From NCBI GenBank assembly GCA_023231475.1, contig JALJEE010003012.1:1-38281 (forward strand): a DNA stretch of 38,281 bases, in the 5' to 3' direction. Positions 11,606-23,003 of this stretch are shown here, in pieces. Every line of letters begins with the position of its first letter. Position 1 is the first letter of the stretch. A model generated the notes under the pieces. That model made no database searches and was not told the DNA's origin. It saw only the letters and a list, made by a program, of their open reading frames with translations. Both the position numbers and the translations under genes were made by a program. Origin of the DNA: Seison nebaliae (Eukaryota).

Positions 11606-13536
11606 AAAATTATCAAATAATTAGAAATAGCAAAAGAAATGAAAAATGAAACAAACCTAATAAAAATACTATTTTGTAAATTACTGTTTGACTAAATGTA
11701 ATTGTAGAACTTATATAGAAAAATATGAGGCGCAAAGATTTTCGGTTTATCCCAGTTCGCGACAATCAAAGTTGAAACAATCTATTTTCCAACTCCCAAA
11801 TTTCATTTTAATCCTTATTGCCGTTTGTTATTATTCAATTTTAAAATATGGGAAAAAATTTCTTAATATAAAAATATAATTTTTACGAATAAAAATTGCC
11901 CGTAAGATTATTTAACGTTGATATCGATATACCTTCTTAAGTGTTTAGGGTAGAAACTTTAAAAGCATTTTCTCTACTATATCCCAACGGGAATTTCAGT
12001 AATAAAAAACAACATTTCTTTTAATAAATCCCAATGGACAATTTGGTGATTAATATTTTCCTTAAATAAATAATAGTATTTAATAACACAAAGGGGTAGT
12101 TCTTCTATCGGAATATTCAAAAATCGTACTTCGGGTACTTATTTAGTTAAATGAAGGAAAATAGAACCGATAAATGTGAAGCCGAAATTTCGAATGTTAT
12201 TAATTAAATTAAAATCAGAATTTCTACCTCATTTCTAAATATTGCAACGGTGATTCACCGTAGTAAAATAAAATACTATTATTTTTAATAATTATTGAAG
12301 ATGTACTTATGTGATTAGAAAGAAACAGATTCGCAGTTAAGTTAAATCCAACAAATGCGTCAGCCGTTCATAATCCATATTTTATACGACGTTTCTTTTA
12401 AGTATTGAATGATGACATTAATGAATATAACTCAATTAGCAAGTCATTTATTTTTGGCATTTGCTAATTCTTCTCAACGATGCTCGTTAACAATCCATTT
12501 CCTTTTCTATCTGTTATCCATTAATTTTGGAAAGAAGACACTTCGTTACACTAATCGCACTAATAATATTACGAGTAATGTTAAGAAATGGACGAGATCA
12601 AAATTTGAAATTACCATAACATTTCTCATGGTTCATTCAAATGATAAATTGGATATTTGAATTGCATGTTCGCTTACATAGGAGAAGGAGGAGGAGGAGG
12701 AGAAATGGTTCCTATTGTGGAGTAATCGTCTTACATAAACAAGAAGAAATCTTTTCTATTATAGAGAATTAATAGAGAAGTAGTAAATTTAAATATTTTA
12801 TGAATTTGCCATTCGCACACATTATTACTCTACGACATTTCCAATTATTACTCGTTTCAATCTCGAAAGTGGAGCCAATTATTAAAAGTGAATTTCCCTT
12901 GATGATGAGTGGTGATGTTGGAATGATGTTAAAATGAAGAAGATTGTTCTGTTGGAAGAGGGTTAATAATATTTTCATCAAAACGTACCAATTTGCTTTG
13001 TGTAAATTGTGATAAGTTAACGCTTAATAATTCATATGATGCCAAGAAGACGAGAAAGAAAGTTTGTGTGTTTTGAAAAGACAAGTAAATTTTTCTTCAT
13101 TCATTTCATTAATAATTTATCATCCCCTCTCATGTCGGACATGGAGAGAGTGTATAGGAGAGATTGATGACGATGATTGTTTCATTTGTTTCATTCGTAA
13201 GTCTCTTTCTTCTCCATGAGAAATATTTATGAGTGAAATCGTTTGAAGAGTTTGTGTTGATAAGCGATATGCTTCTATATGTATGGTTCAGTGAGTATAA
13301 AAAATATTACAATTTTTCCACACACACACACAGTTACTTTGTGATTATAATAATTAATTAATTTTTATTTTATCAATTCATTCGATCTCAATGATTTTGA
13401 TAGGAATTTTAATTTTTTGAATTTCCATCCAATTCATCTAGACAGTTTCATCCAATTTTCGAAGTGAGTGAGAATCAGAAAATTTTCGTTGAATTCCATC
13501 CAGATATGATTGGGAATAAGGGATAGAGGAGCGATC

Positions 13537-15996
13537 ATGTCAAACCGAATAATTCAAAGGAGAATGGATGAGGGAAAACATCAACAGTATCAACATAACA
13601 ATTATTATAAGCAACAACCATCGGAGACAAGTCGATATAGTACGAACAATTCAGTTGGTGGTGTATTATCGTCAATTCATTCATTCCTTCCCAATTCCTC
13701 CATTATCAACACATGCAACGTATCATCATTGACACCATGTCCCAAAGCGAAATTGAAAGAAGTTTTCTTAAAATTCTTATCAGATCCATTAGAACAACAA
13801 GTTCTATTAAATGGAGCACTTTATATTCAATCAAAAGGATATGCTTGTCCCGAAGAGGAAATGCATATCATCGATCCGAGAATTGTAACAGAAAAGAAAA
13901 AAGAAACAAATCATCTCTTAAAATCAGAAATATCTGAAGAAGATGTTCGATTTAATAAAAAACAAATACCATCCTCAAAACTCTCACTAAACACAACAAC
14001 AACAACATCGTCATCAGCTTCTGGTGATCGAGTAAATAAAACGATTTCTCAAGTCAACAATTATCGATCAGTTGTCAAAGACGAGAATGGAGACGAATTG
14101 AATAATATACCAACGTCGATGTTTCATTTGAATTCAAATTCTCCACATTCACCTCCACTGTCGCCCAACCATCTTAATCGAAAAGATCATGATTTGGAGA
14201 ATGTCAAATCGAAGAATTCACATTCCCATCAAAAGTCCAAAGACGATACCTCTTCCGACGATGTTCATTCCATCACGAAACAAACGAATAAACTTCTCGA
14301 TCATAAACGAATCGATGACGATGGCAAAAGTGAATCATCACCATCGTCAACGCCCAAAATTTCGAAAAGTAAATCAGATCAGCGAATGAGGAAATCGGAA
14401 GTGAAAGGAGCGACATATGAACAAATTCCCAAATTTTATTTTCCATTCGGTTCGAAAAATCCCAAAGGTCTCGAATGCGTCATCGGTGGCCATCAATTGA
14501 ACGGGAGAATATGGAAAAATGTTTTTGAAATTTTTGAAAAATTATCGACGAGAACTAAAGAAAAAGAAACAGATCCGGTTGTTAATGAGACAAATATTGG
14601 GGAAGTGGTCATAGCTACAGGATTTCCATTCTATTGGAAAAGTGCCTTCTATAATGCATGTCAAATTGAGCAGGAACGAATAATTACTGGTGATGGAATA
14701 ATTTCAAAAAAACCAGAAAATGTTCAATCTATCAGTTTCGAATTATATAAGAGGGTAGTGGAGAAGATAGCATGTCGATATCATGAATCATCAAGTCGTT
14801 TCATCCATTTCTTAACATACGGAGATGATGAGAGGAATTATTTAATTCCATCAGATTTCAAATATCTGGTTCAAGATCTGATTGATAATCATCCCAGTTT
14901 GACTTTTCTTCAAAATGCAGCTGATTTTCACGATCGATATATTACGACGGTAACATCGCGAATATTCTTTGAAGTGAATATTTCATGGAATGGTCGAATA
15001 AGTGTGGGGGAATTACGACGTTCAAATCTTTTGAAAATGGTTTCATTATTAGAACATGTATCAGAAGTAAATCTCATTAACGATTATTTCTCGTACGAAC
15101 ACTTCTATGTGATTTATTGTAAATTCTGGGAATTGGATCAAGATCACGATCTTCATGTCACCAAAGAAGAATTGCGACGTCATTCACGAGAATCTATTTC
15201 TGATTGTGTTATCGATCGATTATTTACCGGAGTTGTCTCCACCAATCCATCCACCATAAAGAATGGTCGAATGTCATATGAAGAATTTGTCTGGTTCCTC
15301 ATCGCCGAAGAAGATAAATTGAATAAGAGAAGTATCGAATATTGGTTCCGTGTCATGGATTTGGATGGTGATGGAATTATTAGTATTTATGAAATGGAAC
15401 ATTTCTACACGGAAATCATTGATCGTCTCACACGACTTGGTTATGAATATGCGACGTTCACTGATGCCGTTTGTCAGATGTTGGATATGGTGAATCCGAC
15501 GACAACAAATCAAGTCAAATTGCACGATCTCAAACGATGTCAATTAGCTAATTTATTCTTTGACACTTTCATCAATTATCAAAAATTAGCAAATAATGAT
15601 AATCGAGATCCATACGGACCAGGAAAACCGTTTGATGAAGATCGAACGATGACATTATCTATAAAAGAATTACCAATCATCGAATCGGAGGATGAGAATT
15701 TAGTGAAATTATCTGAATATTTGACGAAAAGAGAAAAGAGTGAATGGGATCGATATGCGTATGAAGAATATCAAATGTTAGTAGCTGAAGATGGAGGAAC
15801 AGGAAATGAAAGTGGAAATGATGATAGTACGAATGATGACAGTATGGATGTGGACGATCAACTCCATTCGAACGAATATGGTTCTCTCAACGAAATCGAT
15901 CGGAACAATTTCCTCAATAACATGAACGACGAACAACTCAATGGTAATAACAATGGGAGCAATAATGATTTCTTGATTAACGATCAATTTGATTGA
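13537..15996 (+). CDS. PPP2R3A: Protein phosphatase 2A regulatory subunit B'' (PR72/PR130/PR70 family), 819 aa
   Basis: IPKFYFP motif, DYFSYEHFYVIYCKFWELD, EF-hands (DQDHDLHVTKEE; DLDGDGIISIYE), SIEYWFRVMD and SEWDRYAYEEY. The first in-frame ATG is 13537, with an in-frame TGA at 13507. Likely co-orthologous to vertebrate PPP2R3A/B. Confidence 0.95.
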   Translation: MSNRIIQRRMDEGKHQQYQHNNYYKQQPSETSRYSTNNSVGGVLSSIHSFLPNSSIINTCNVSSLTPCPKAKLKEVFLKFLSDPLEQQVLLNGALYIQSKGYACPEEEMHIIDPRIVTEKKKETNHLLKSEISEEDVRFNKKQIPSSKLSLNTTTTTSSSASGDRVNKTISQVNNYRSVVKDENGDELNNIPTSMFHLNSNSPHSPPLSPNHLNRKDHDLENVKSKNSHSHQKSKDDTSSDDVHSITKQTNKLLDHKRIDDDGKSESSPSSTPKISKSKSDQRMRKSEVKGATYEQIPKFYFPFGSKNPKGLECVIGGHQLNGRIWKNVFEIFEKLSTRTKEKETDPVVNETNIGEVVIATGFPFYWKSAFYNACQIEQERIITGDGIISKKPENVQSISFELYKRVVEKIACRYHESSSRFIHFLTYGDDERNYLIPSDFKYLVQDLIDNHPSLTFLQNAADFHDRYITTVTSRIFFEVNISWNGRISVGELRRSNLLKMVSLLEHVSEVNLINDYFSYEHFYVIYCKFWELDQDHDLHVTKEELRRHSRESISDCVIDRLFTGVVSTNPSTIKNGRMSYEEFVWFLIAEEDKLNKRSIEYWFRVMDLDGDGIISIYEMEHFYTEIIDRLTRLGYEYATFTDAVCQMLDMVNPTTTNQVKLHDLKRCQLANLFFDTFINYQKLANNDNRDPYGPGKPFDEDRTMTLSIKELPIIESEDENLVKLSEYLTKREKSEWDRYAYEEYQMLVAEDGGTGNESGNDDSTNDDSMDVDDQLHSNEYGSLNEIDRNNFLNNMNDEQLNGNNNGSNNDFLINDQFD

Positions 15997-17222
15997 TTTC
16001 TTATTTATTTAAAATAAATTGAACAATGAAAATCATTTTTTTTCATCAGTCCATGGGAACCGAACTCAGATTAGATTCCTCTTTTATATGCAATCAAATT
16101 TCATAACTTTTATTAACAATTCGACATTTTCTTCTTTTCAATTTCTATAAGACCATTTTTTTTTCCGTTTACATTCTCCCAATTTTATTTATTTGCGTTA
16201 TATGTACATGAACGTCGGATATTGTGGATATGGATTATGGAAATATTTCTCATCAGAAAAAAATAAAATTATTTCGAATTCAACATCCAATTTATTTCAA
16301 TTAGTTGAATGTTCTAATTGTATATTTCTCATATCTTCTCCTTATTCTCCATTCATTTCAATCCTATTCATATTATTTGATTCCTTATTTCCATGTTAAA
16401 CTCATTCAGAATTAATAAAATTTTATTGAACTAACTTCTCCTTCTTTTCATACGAATGATGATAATCTACTATATTCTTTCAAGAAATCTTAATTCATAG
16501 TAAAATAATTCGAGGGAAACTTTCAAGATGATCACAAACATTATTCTGGTGACATGATTGATTATAACCCTAAAAATTTTTTTGGCACCAATTCAAAATA
16601 CAACACCATTTTTCAATTTTCAACTTAACACACAATTTGAAATCAATTTATTAAAATAAAAACTTCTAACAAAATTTTAGGTATTTCTGTAAAGAAATTT
16701 AAGAAATAATTTAAATGTGTAAATTTTTGAATGACATTTCAATTGAAGTGATTCGATGAAGATGGTTTTTTTTAAGTGAACAAATAGAAGTTGTTTGTTT
16801 GCTTTTTATAAGGAAAATTAATTAAATAAGAAGGATCTTTTCAAGAAAATTAAGATGAATCAAAAGAAACTCGAATTTGAATTACTGGATGTTGAACGGA
16901 CATCTCAAATTGATGAACGAGACGATATTATAATAAATAATTGATAAACGATACAGATTTCCGACCATATGTAAATGGTGTTGTTGTTGTTATTATTATT
17001 TATATTATCTGTATATTTATGAAGGAAAGATAATCGGCATATTATTCGATTTTGAGAAATAAATGTTTGATAAATTTGAAAGATGGATGAGAAAGATCGA
17101 TAATTAATTTCCAGATAGATAGACAGATACCGGATGAATTGGTTAATTCATTCATTCGAAAACGGAGAAATATTGAAATGAGTTATACAAATTCGATTAT
17201 TCATTTTTTTTATTTAATTTAC

Positions 17223-17274
17223 CAATAAACATTCTTTTCGACGAATCGTAAGATATCTTCCGTTTCCTCGACAA
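17223..17274 (-). CDS. mbl: Candidate distal mbl exon carrying a basic NLS-like motif (LSRKRKISYDSSKRMFI)
   Basis: Strong acceptor ttcttttgcag and donor gtaaat. Its phase 0 start matches the end of the 19581-19670 exon. Confidence 0.45.
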
Positions 17275-19580
17275 CTGCAAAAGAACGAAAGTTGTTCATT
17301 TTTGTTTGATTAGAAAAGTTTTACTAGATGTAATCTTTTTTTTCTCATTTATTCTAAATATAAAAGGATTGTGCATAAAAACCGAAAAAAAAAAAATTTT
17401 TTTTTGATAAATAAAATCGATTTTATTTTCTCATTATATCGTTCGGCTATGAGTGACGGTTGAAGATGTGAAGTTTTTATGTCTCATCAAAAACAAAAGA
17501 TAATAATTAGGAGGACATTCATATGTGTTGTGAAGATATTTTATTGGGTGAAATTTGTACTATTTTATTACGGAAACGATCTGGTTGGTATTTCAGTAAG
17601 GCCACTGTTGGTCGATGGAGAAGTGTGGACATAAGAAGATGATGAAGTTGATGAAATTAGAGTGAAAAATGAATGTTGCAAAACTCTGAAGAAAAAGTGA
17701 TTATTCATCGATCGGAAAAACAAAGGAGATTGGACGATGGAAATAATCGAGTTTTGCTCATGAGAGAAATACTGAATGAATAAACTGAATAATGAGAATT
17801 TTGAGATATAAGTTTGATGATGAAGAAGATGAAATAAATTATTGATGAGAAAACATGATATGAGTTCTTATATATTCAGAAATAGGAAAGTAGGAAAATA
17901 TTAAAATTTTAATTTTTCTAGGAAATTTTTTTCTTTGAAATTAAATGAATTGTATCAACTCAATAAACTATTGATAATTGAGAACGTAATAATTGTCATC
18001 ATGTCGAAGGAAGAAAAGATTGGACTTGTGTGCGCATTAAATGTCATGGGAGATGTACGCGGAAGAACAGATCAATAGATTTCCATTCTACATTGATCGG
18101 ATGACGGTTTTCGGATGATGGAAACAAGAGTTTTTAAAAGGATAAATAGGAAGGATAACTGTGAAAAAAAGAGAATTATATTGAAAACGGAACTTTGAAA
18201 ATAAAACTTACGAGAAAGAAAAAAATTTTCTAAAGTTTAGAAAATGATAGAGAAGAAGAAATGAATGTTCACAAACTGAATAATTATTACATCGGTCGAT
18301 TCAATCAGATCTATACGATTGGTAACTAATAACTGCGAATTTATCGTGGAGAACGATCGGAAAAAGAATGACGAAGAAAGATGTCGATTGATTAATATCG
18401 AGATGAAAATGATGGATGATGAGGGAAGAAATAATATTGATTAGATTCAAAATTAGAAACAATAAATGATGATACGTTCTTGCATAAATGATCATTCAAC
18501 ATATTGATGCGATCTCTCGATCTCTCGATCGCTTTTTAACACTCAATTGGCAATTCCGTACGACCAATCTATATAAGGACGAGAGATTAACAATGATTAT
18601 CATGCTGCACAGAAATAATGACGTTCATGGAAAAATAACACACCAGAGAAAGAATAAGAGTTGTCGTTTGAAAATAGAAAACAATCAAATTATGTCCTAT
18701 TCTCATATATGATGATGATGATGCACCATGACATATCAATATTAAACTACTGTATGTGAAAAGAGGAGGAGGAAGAAGATCTTGTGAATTGTTGATTTTT
18801 CGGGTTGAGATGCGGAAGAAGCAAATTGAATAATTTTCCAATATTTTATTCGTTAGGGAACGTGAGAAGAAGACATGGTTTGAAGCAGTCACGTTAAAAA
18901 TTGAACGCAGTTCGGCGCAACAAGCAAAAAAGAATGTTGAGTACATTGATGAAATGAGTGGTGAGTGAAAAAGGTGGATAACGTTTGAAAGATCAGCAGA
19001 AAAACTTCCCAAACTAAATGAAACTACGAGAAAATATTATTCATTTTCTGGAACCACTTTCAAAAGGAAACCAAAAGAAAACTATGTTACATGAAAAAAT
19101 GAACATCATCATACCCAAATAAATAGAAGTATCAACGGAAATCTAATGGACACTTTAATTAGTAGTTGTACTGGTAGTAGTAGTAACAATGTGATGTTGG
19201 TGGTGGTAGTTGTGGTAGTGGTAGTAGTAAAGTTGAAACACGATACAAAAAAAATGAGTGGATGATTTGATGAGAAAGTTGAGAATGAAAGAGAAATTGT
19301 TGGTGGCTGAGCGATATATGCCGATGACATGTAGCTGAAGTTTAAATAGCAGTAAAGTGGCGAAAAATGAAAGTTGGAAGTTTTCCTCCGCCTTTCCCCT
19401 TCCCTCCAAAACGCATCAAACAAATGTAAAGAATGGAAACTAAATAAGAATGTGTAAATCACGTCACAACATGTTAAATGCCGAAAAAAAGAAGAACGAT
19501 AGAAAGAGAATGTCACAAATGGAAATGAAGGAAATGGTTAGAAGCTAAGATGAAATGAAATGTAGAAAATTGCTACTCAC

Positions 19581-19670
19581 ATTAGTTGAGGTGGTTGGCG
19601 GAGAATAATTATTGTTGGATGTATCTGATTCTTGTTCGCTAAATGACGGGGTACATGTACTGGTTGTATT
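19581..19670 (-). CDS. mbl: mbl downstream exon, 90 nt (NTTSTCTPSFSEQESDTSNNNYSPPTTSTN)
   Basis: Acceptor ctcttctag and donor gtgagt. In frame after the 56-nt exon. Confidence 0.7.
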
Positions 19671-19734
19671 CTAGAAGAGAGTTTAACAATATTGAATTTT
19701 AAATGATATAATAATATTAATATTAATTGTGAAC

Positions 19735-19790
19735 CTTATGATCTCCGGTGGTCGATATGGATAAAGATGAAGTTGAGATACTATTCGTTT
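19735..19790 (-). CDS. mbl: mbl downstream exon, 56 nt (ETNSISTSSLSISTTGDHK)
   Basis: Acceptor tttcatttcaacag and donor AAG|gttcac. The phase 1 start matches the donor GAAG|gtaaca at 19932/19931. Confidence 0.7.
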
Positions 19791-19931
19791 CTGTTGAAAT
19801 GAAAGAGAAAAATTGTGAATGATTTATTCGGATAAAATGAGATTTGTATTAAAACGAATTGGTTTGAAGAGAACGGAAAATAATAATGGTGATGGTGATG
19901 AAAATGGTTTTTGAAGAAATTTAAATGTTAC

Positions 19932-21115
19932 CTTCATTTAACGGTTGTTTGGTTTGGTCAACGTCGATCGGTTTGGTTAAAATGGAGTTTTCATTCTTCT
20001 CGTCGACTGATATGGTGGAGTTGTCCTCACTCTTGATCTCCAATTCATTGATATTCATGCTGGTGTCATTGATTGGAGGTGGTATAGTTGCCGTTATGGG
20101 AAGAGAATCGATATTGTTCAACGACGACGATCCCGACAAGGAAATGGGAGATGATGAGCTCATAATTACCGGTGACTGATATGTGGTTAATGGTTGTTGG
20201 AGATGCTGCTGATGATGATGATGATGTTGTTGTTGTGCTTGTGGTGGTATGTTCGGAATACAATTGAGTAAATTGGAACTTTGATTATGGAGCATTTGAT
20301 TCAGAATGTTCTGTGATGGATTATTATTCATATTGACGTTTTGGGAAGAGTTGTTGAGTGTGGTGTAATTGTTGGGTGTGGGTTGATGGAGATATTGATT
20401 GAACAAATATTGTTGTTGCAATAATGGATTAGTGGATAGATTGGGTGGTGGAAAAATGCCGAGACCATTCGTCACATTCGAATCATTTGTAACGAATGTT
20501 TGGGGCGGGGGCGCTGTGGGTGGTGGAGCGGCAACGCCATTACCTTGAAGGAGATGACTCAATTGAATGTTGGCGGAATTGGGCGAGAGTTGTTGAAGGA
20601 AGTCGTTATTGAAGAGATTACCGTTAGGAATTGATGGAATCTGCTGTTGCAGATATGGAGCATTCATGAGAAGTGAAGTATTTCCTGGTAATTGTCCGGT
20701 AGCGATGGATGTATTCGGATCGTTTAATTGATTAATATTCCCCCAATAATTCCCGTTGAGTGATTGCTGTGTTGGGATAAAGTAGAGATTATTATTGTTG
20801 TTATTGTTCGTGTTGTTGGCATTTGGATTATCACCATTGGCGGTGTAAGATAATCCATAATTATGTGTATTGTCTTGTGTGACGTTAGGAATTAATGGAA
20901 TTGATGAAGAAGGATTATTCGTCAATGAATTATTATTAGATTTCATAAGATAAGAATCATATTTATCATTACTTCCAACAATACCACCACCACCATCTTT
21001 TGGATGAATGAGACTCATCGTTTTCTGATGAATGTTCGTCGTCGGATTATAATAAGTTGTGGGCGCTTGATAAAATGCATTCGCTCCCAATTGCCCATTC
21101 GTTTGCAATGGCTGA

Positions 21116-21149
<34 letters not shown>

Positions 21150-23003
21150 TCTGATGACGTTGTAATGTAGCGACAGCTATCATATTTTTCATATTTTTCA
21201 AAATAATGTTCGTTCGACCATTCTGCAATAATTGATCTTTGAGATGCTGGGGAGGATGAAGATATTTGCAAGGCGGTTCTTTCCTGTTACATTTGCCCTT
21301 CAATGAATCATAACAAGCGATTACACGACCATTCTGCACTTCGACGTGTGGTGGGGGATGAGCGAACTTGCATTCTTGATCATTTCTCGTACATTTATTT
21401 CGCTGATACTCACGACACACTTCCAATGTTAACCATCTCGAATCTTTCACATTCGCTTGAGCTGTCAATGCCAATAAAGCCGCCGTCGGATATCCACCAG
21501 CATTCGACGAATTCTGCAACTGATTCGTCGAGTCGAGTGATGTGGGAAATAATGTTTGACTGATGGGCATGTTATTCGGCTGCATCGGATAACCGTTTAT
21601 ACCTCGGAATAAACCATTCGTATTTCCTGATGGTAAATAAAACTGATTTTGAGATGATGTCGTACCAATCGATGCATTCGACGTCGGCATCTGAAGTAAT
21701 CGAAAATTATTATTTTTCGTATTATTATTATTATTGTTGTTGTTGTTGTTGTTGTTGTTGTTATTGTTATTGTTGTTATGATGATTATTATGTTGATGTT
21801 GATGATGTTGATGATGTGGATTCGTTTTACCATTCGTCAAATTATTTAAGAGATTATGGTTCGTATTCGATATCATATTATTCGTCGAATTCGTCGTGAT
21901 CGCATTGTATGAGAATAATGATGGATCGAGTAAATGAATATTATTCGTCGATATCGGTATCATTGTCGAATATTGATTTGTATTGTTGTTGTTATTATTA
22001 TTATTATTATTATTGTTGGACGTATTATGATTATTATCGAAATTGTTGTTGTTGTTTGTGTAAATAGTATTCAAGTTATTGGTTTGTTGTTGATTGGTCA
22101 TGATATCGAATGAGGGATAGTTCACGTGTGGTGGCGTATCAATGGGAATGTATTGCGAATGATTTTGCATGAAATTCGATGTATCGATTCCCGGATTGGA
22201 TGTATAGATAGGCGTATGAGACCCAACAATCAACGATGAAGGCGTAAAAGCAATGTCGATAGCAGATAGTGATGGAGACGACGTATCGATATCAATTCCC
22301 GTCGAGTTCAATTGAGTGAATGAAGTTGGATAAAATGAAAAGAAATTATCAATATTATTTTGTTGATTCAAATTTATTAAATTATTCGATGTTAAATAAT
22401 TATATTGATCTTCCTGCTGCTGCTGCTGCTGTTGTTGTTGTTGTTGGTGGTGGTGGTAGTGATATGGAAAATAGTAATGATTCTGATTAAAGACCTGATT
22501 TCTTCTATTCTCTATTTTATTCTGATGTGTTCGATTAATCGATTTCTCCTTTCGACTACTCTGCGAGTGTGATGAGTGATTGTTGGGAACTTTCAATTTT
22601 TCGTAATTCACACAAGATTGATGAATGTATCCTCCACTCTTCGACAACTCTTCACTTTTCGATGACTTATATCGATCGGTATTGGAATAACGTCGATTCT
22701 TCTCCTGATTATTCGTCAAACGTTTGGACGATGTCGGGAAGGAGTTGGACGTTCTATCCAAATACTGATTGGAACTGCGTCGGAAGACTTTCGTTTTATT
22801 CTTTCGCTTCAATTGACTCTCTCTCAACTCCTGAATCTGATTTCCGACTACTGGACAATTAGTTTTCGAACTATCTTCTCTAACTTGATAACAATTCGTC
22901 GTATTCTTATGATGGAAGGATAATAAAGATGATGGATTTAAAGCAGAATTAGAGGCGGCTACAAGTTCATTGCACTCATTGTGGATCTCATATGCCATCC
23001 AAT
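19932..23003 (-). CDS. mbl: Muscleblind-like CCCH RNA-binding splicing regulator, main 3072-nt exon (unspliced ORF 19921-22998)
   Basis: [31 protein letters not shown]...[27 protein letters not shown] is the diagnostic ZnF1-ZnF2 pair (about 21244-21445). It is flanked by N/Q/H low-complexity sequence. Acceptor aaatag|AT at 23004/23003. Confidence 0.95.
21720..21820 (-). repeat. (AAT/AAC)n and (CAT/CAA)n coding microsatellites in mbl (poly-Asn, His/Gln); similar tracts at about 21985-22060 and 22414-22457
   Basis: Direct reading of TTA/TTG/ATG/CTG runs on the + strand. Confidence 0.9.
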
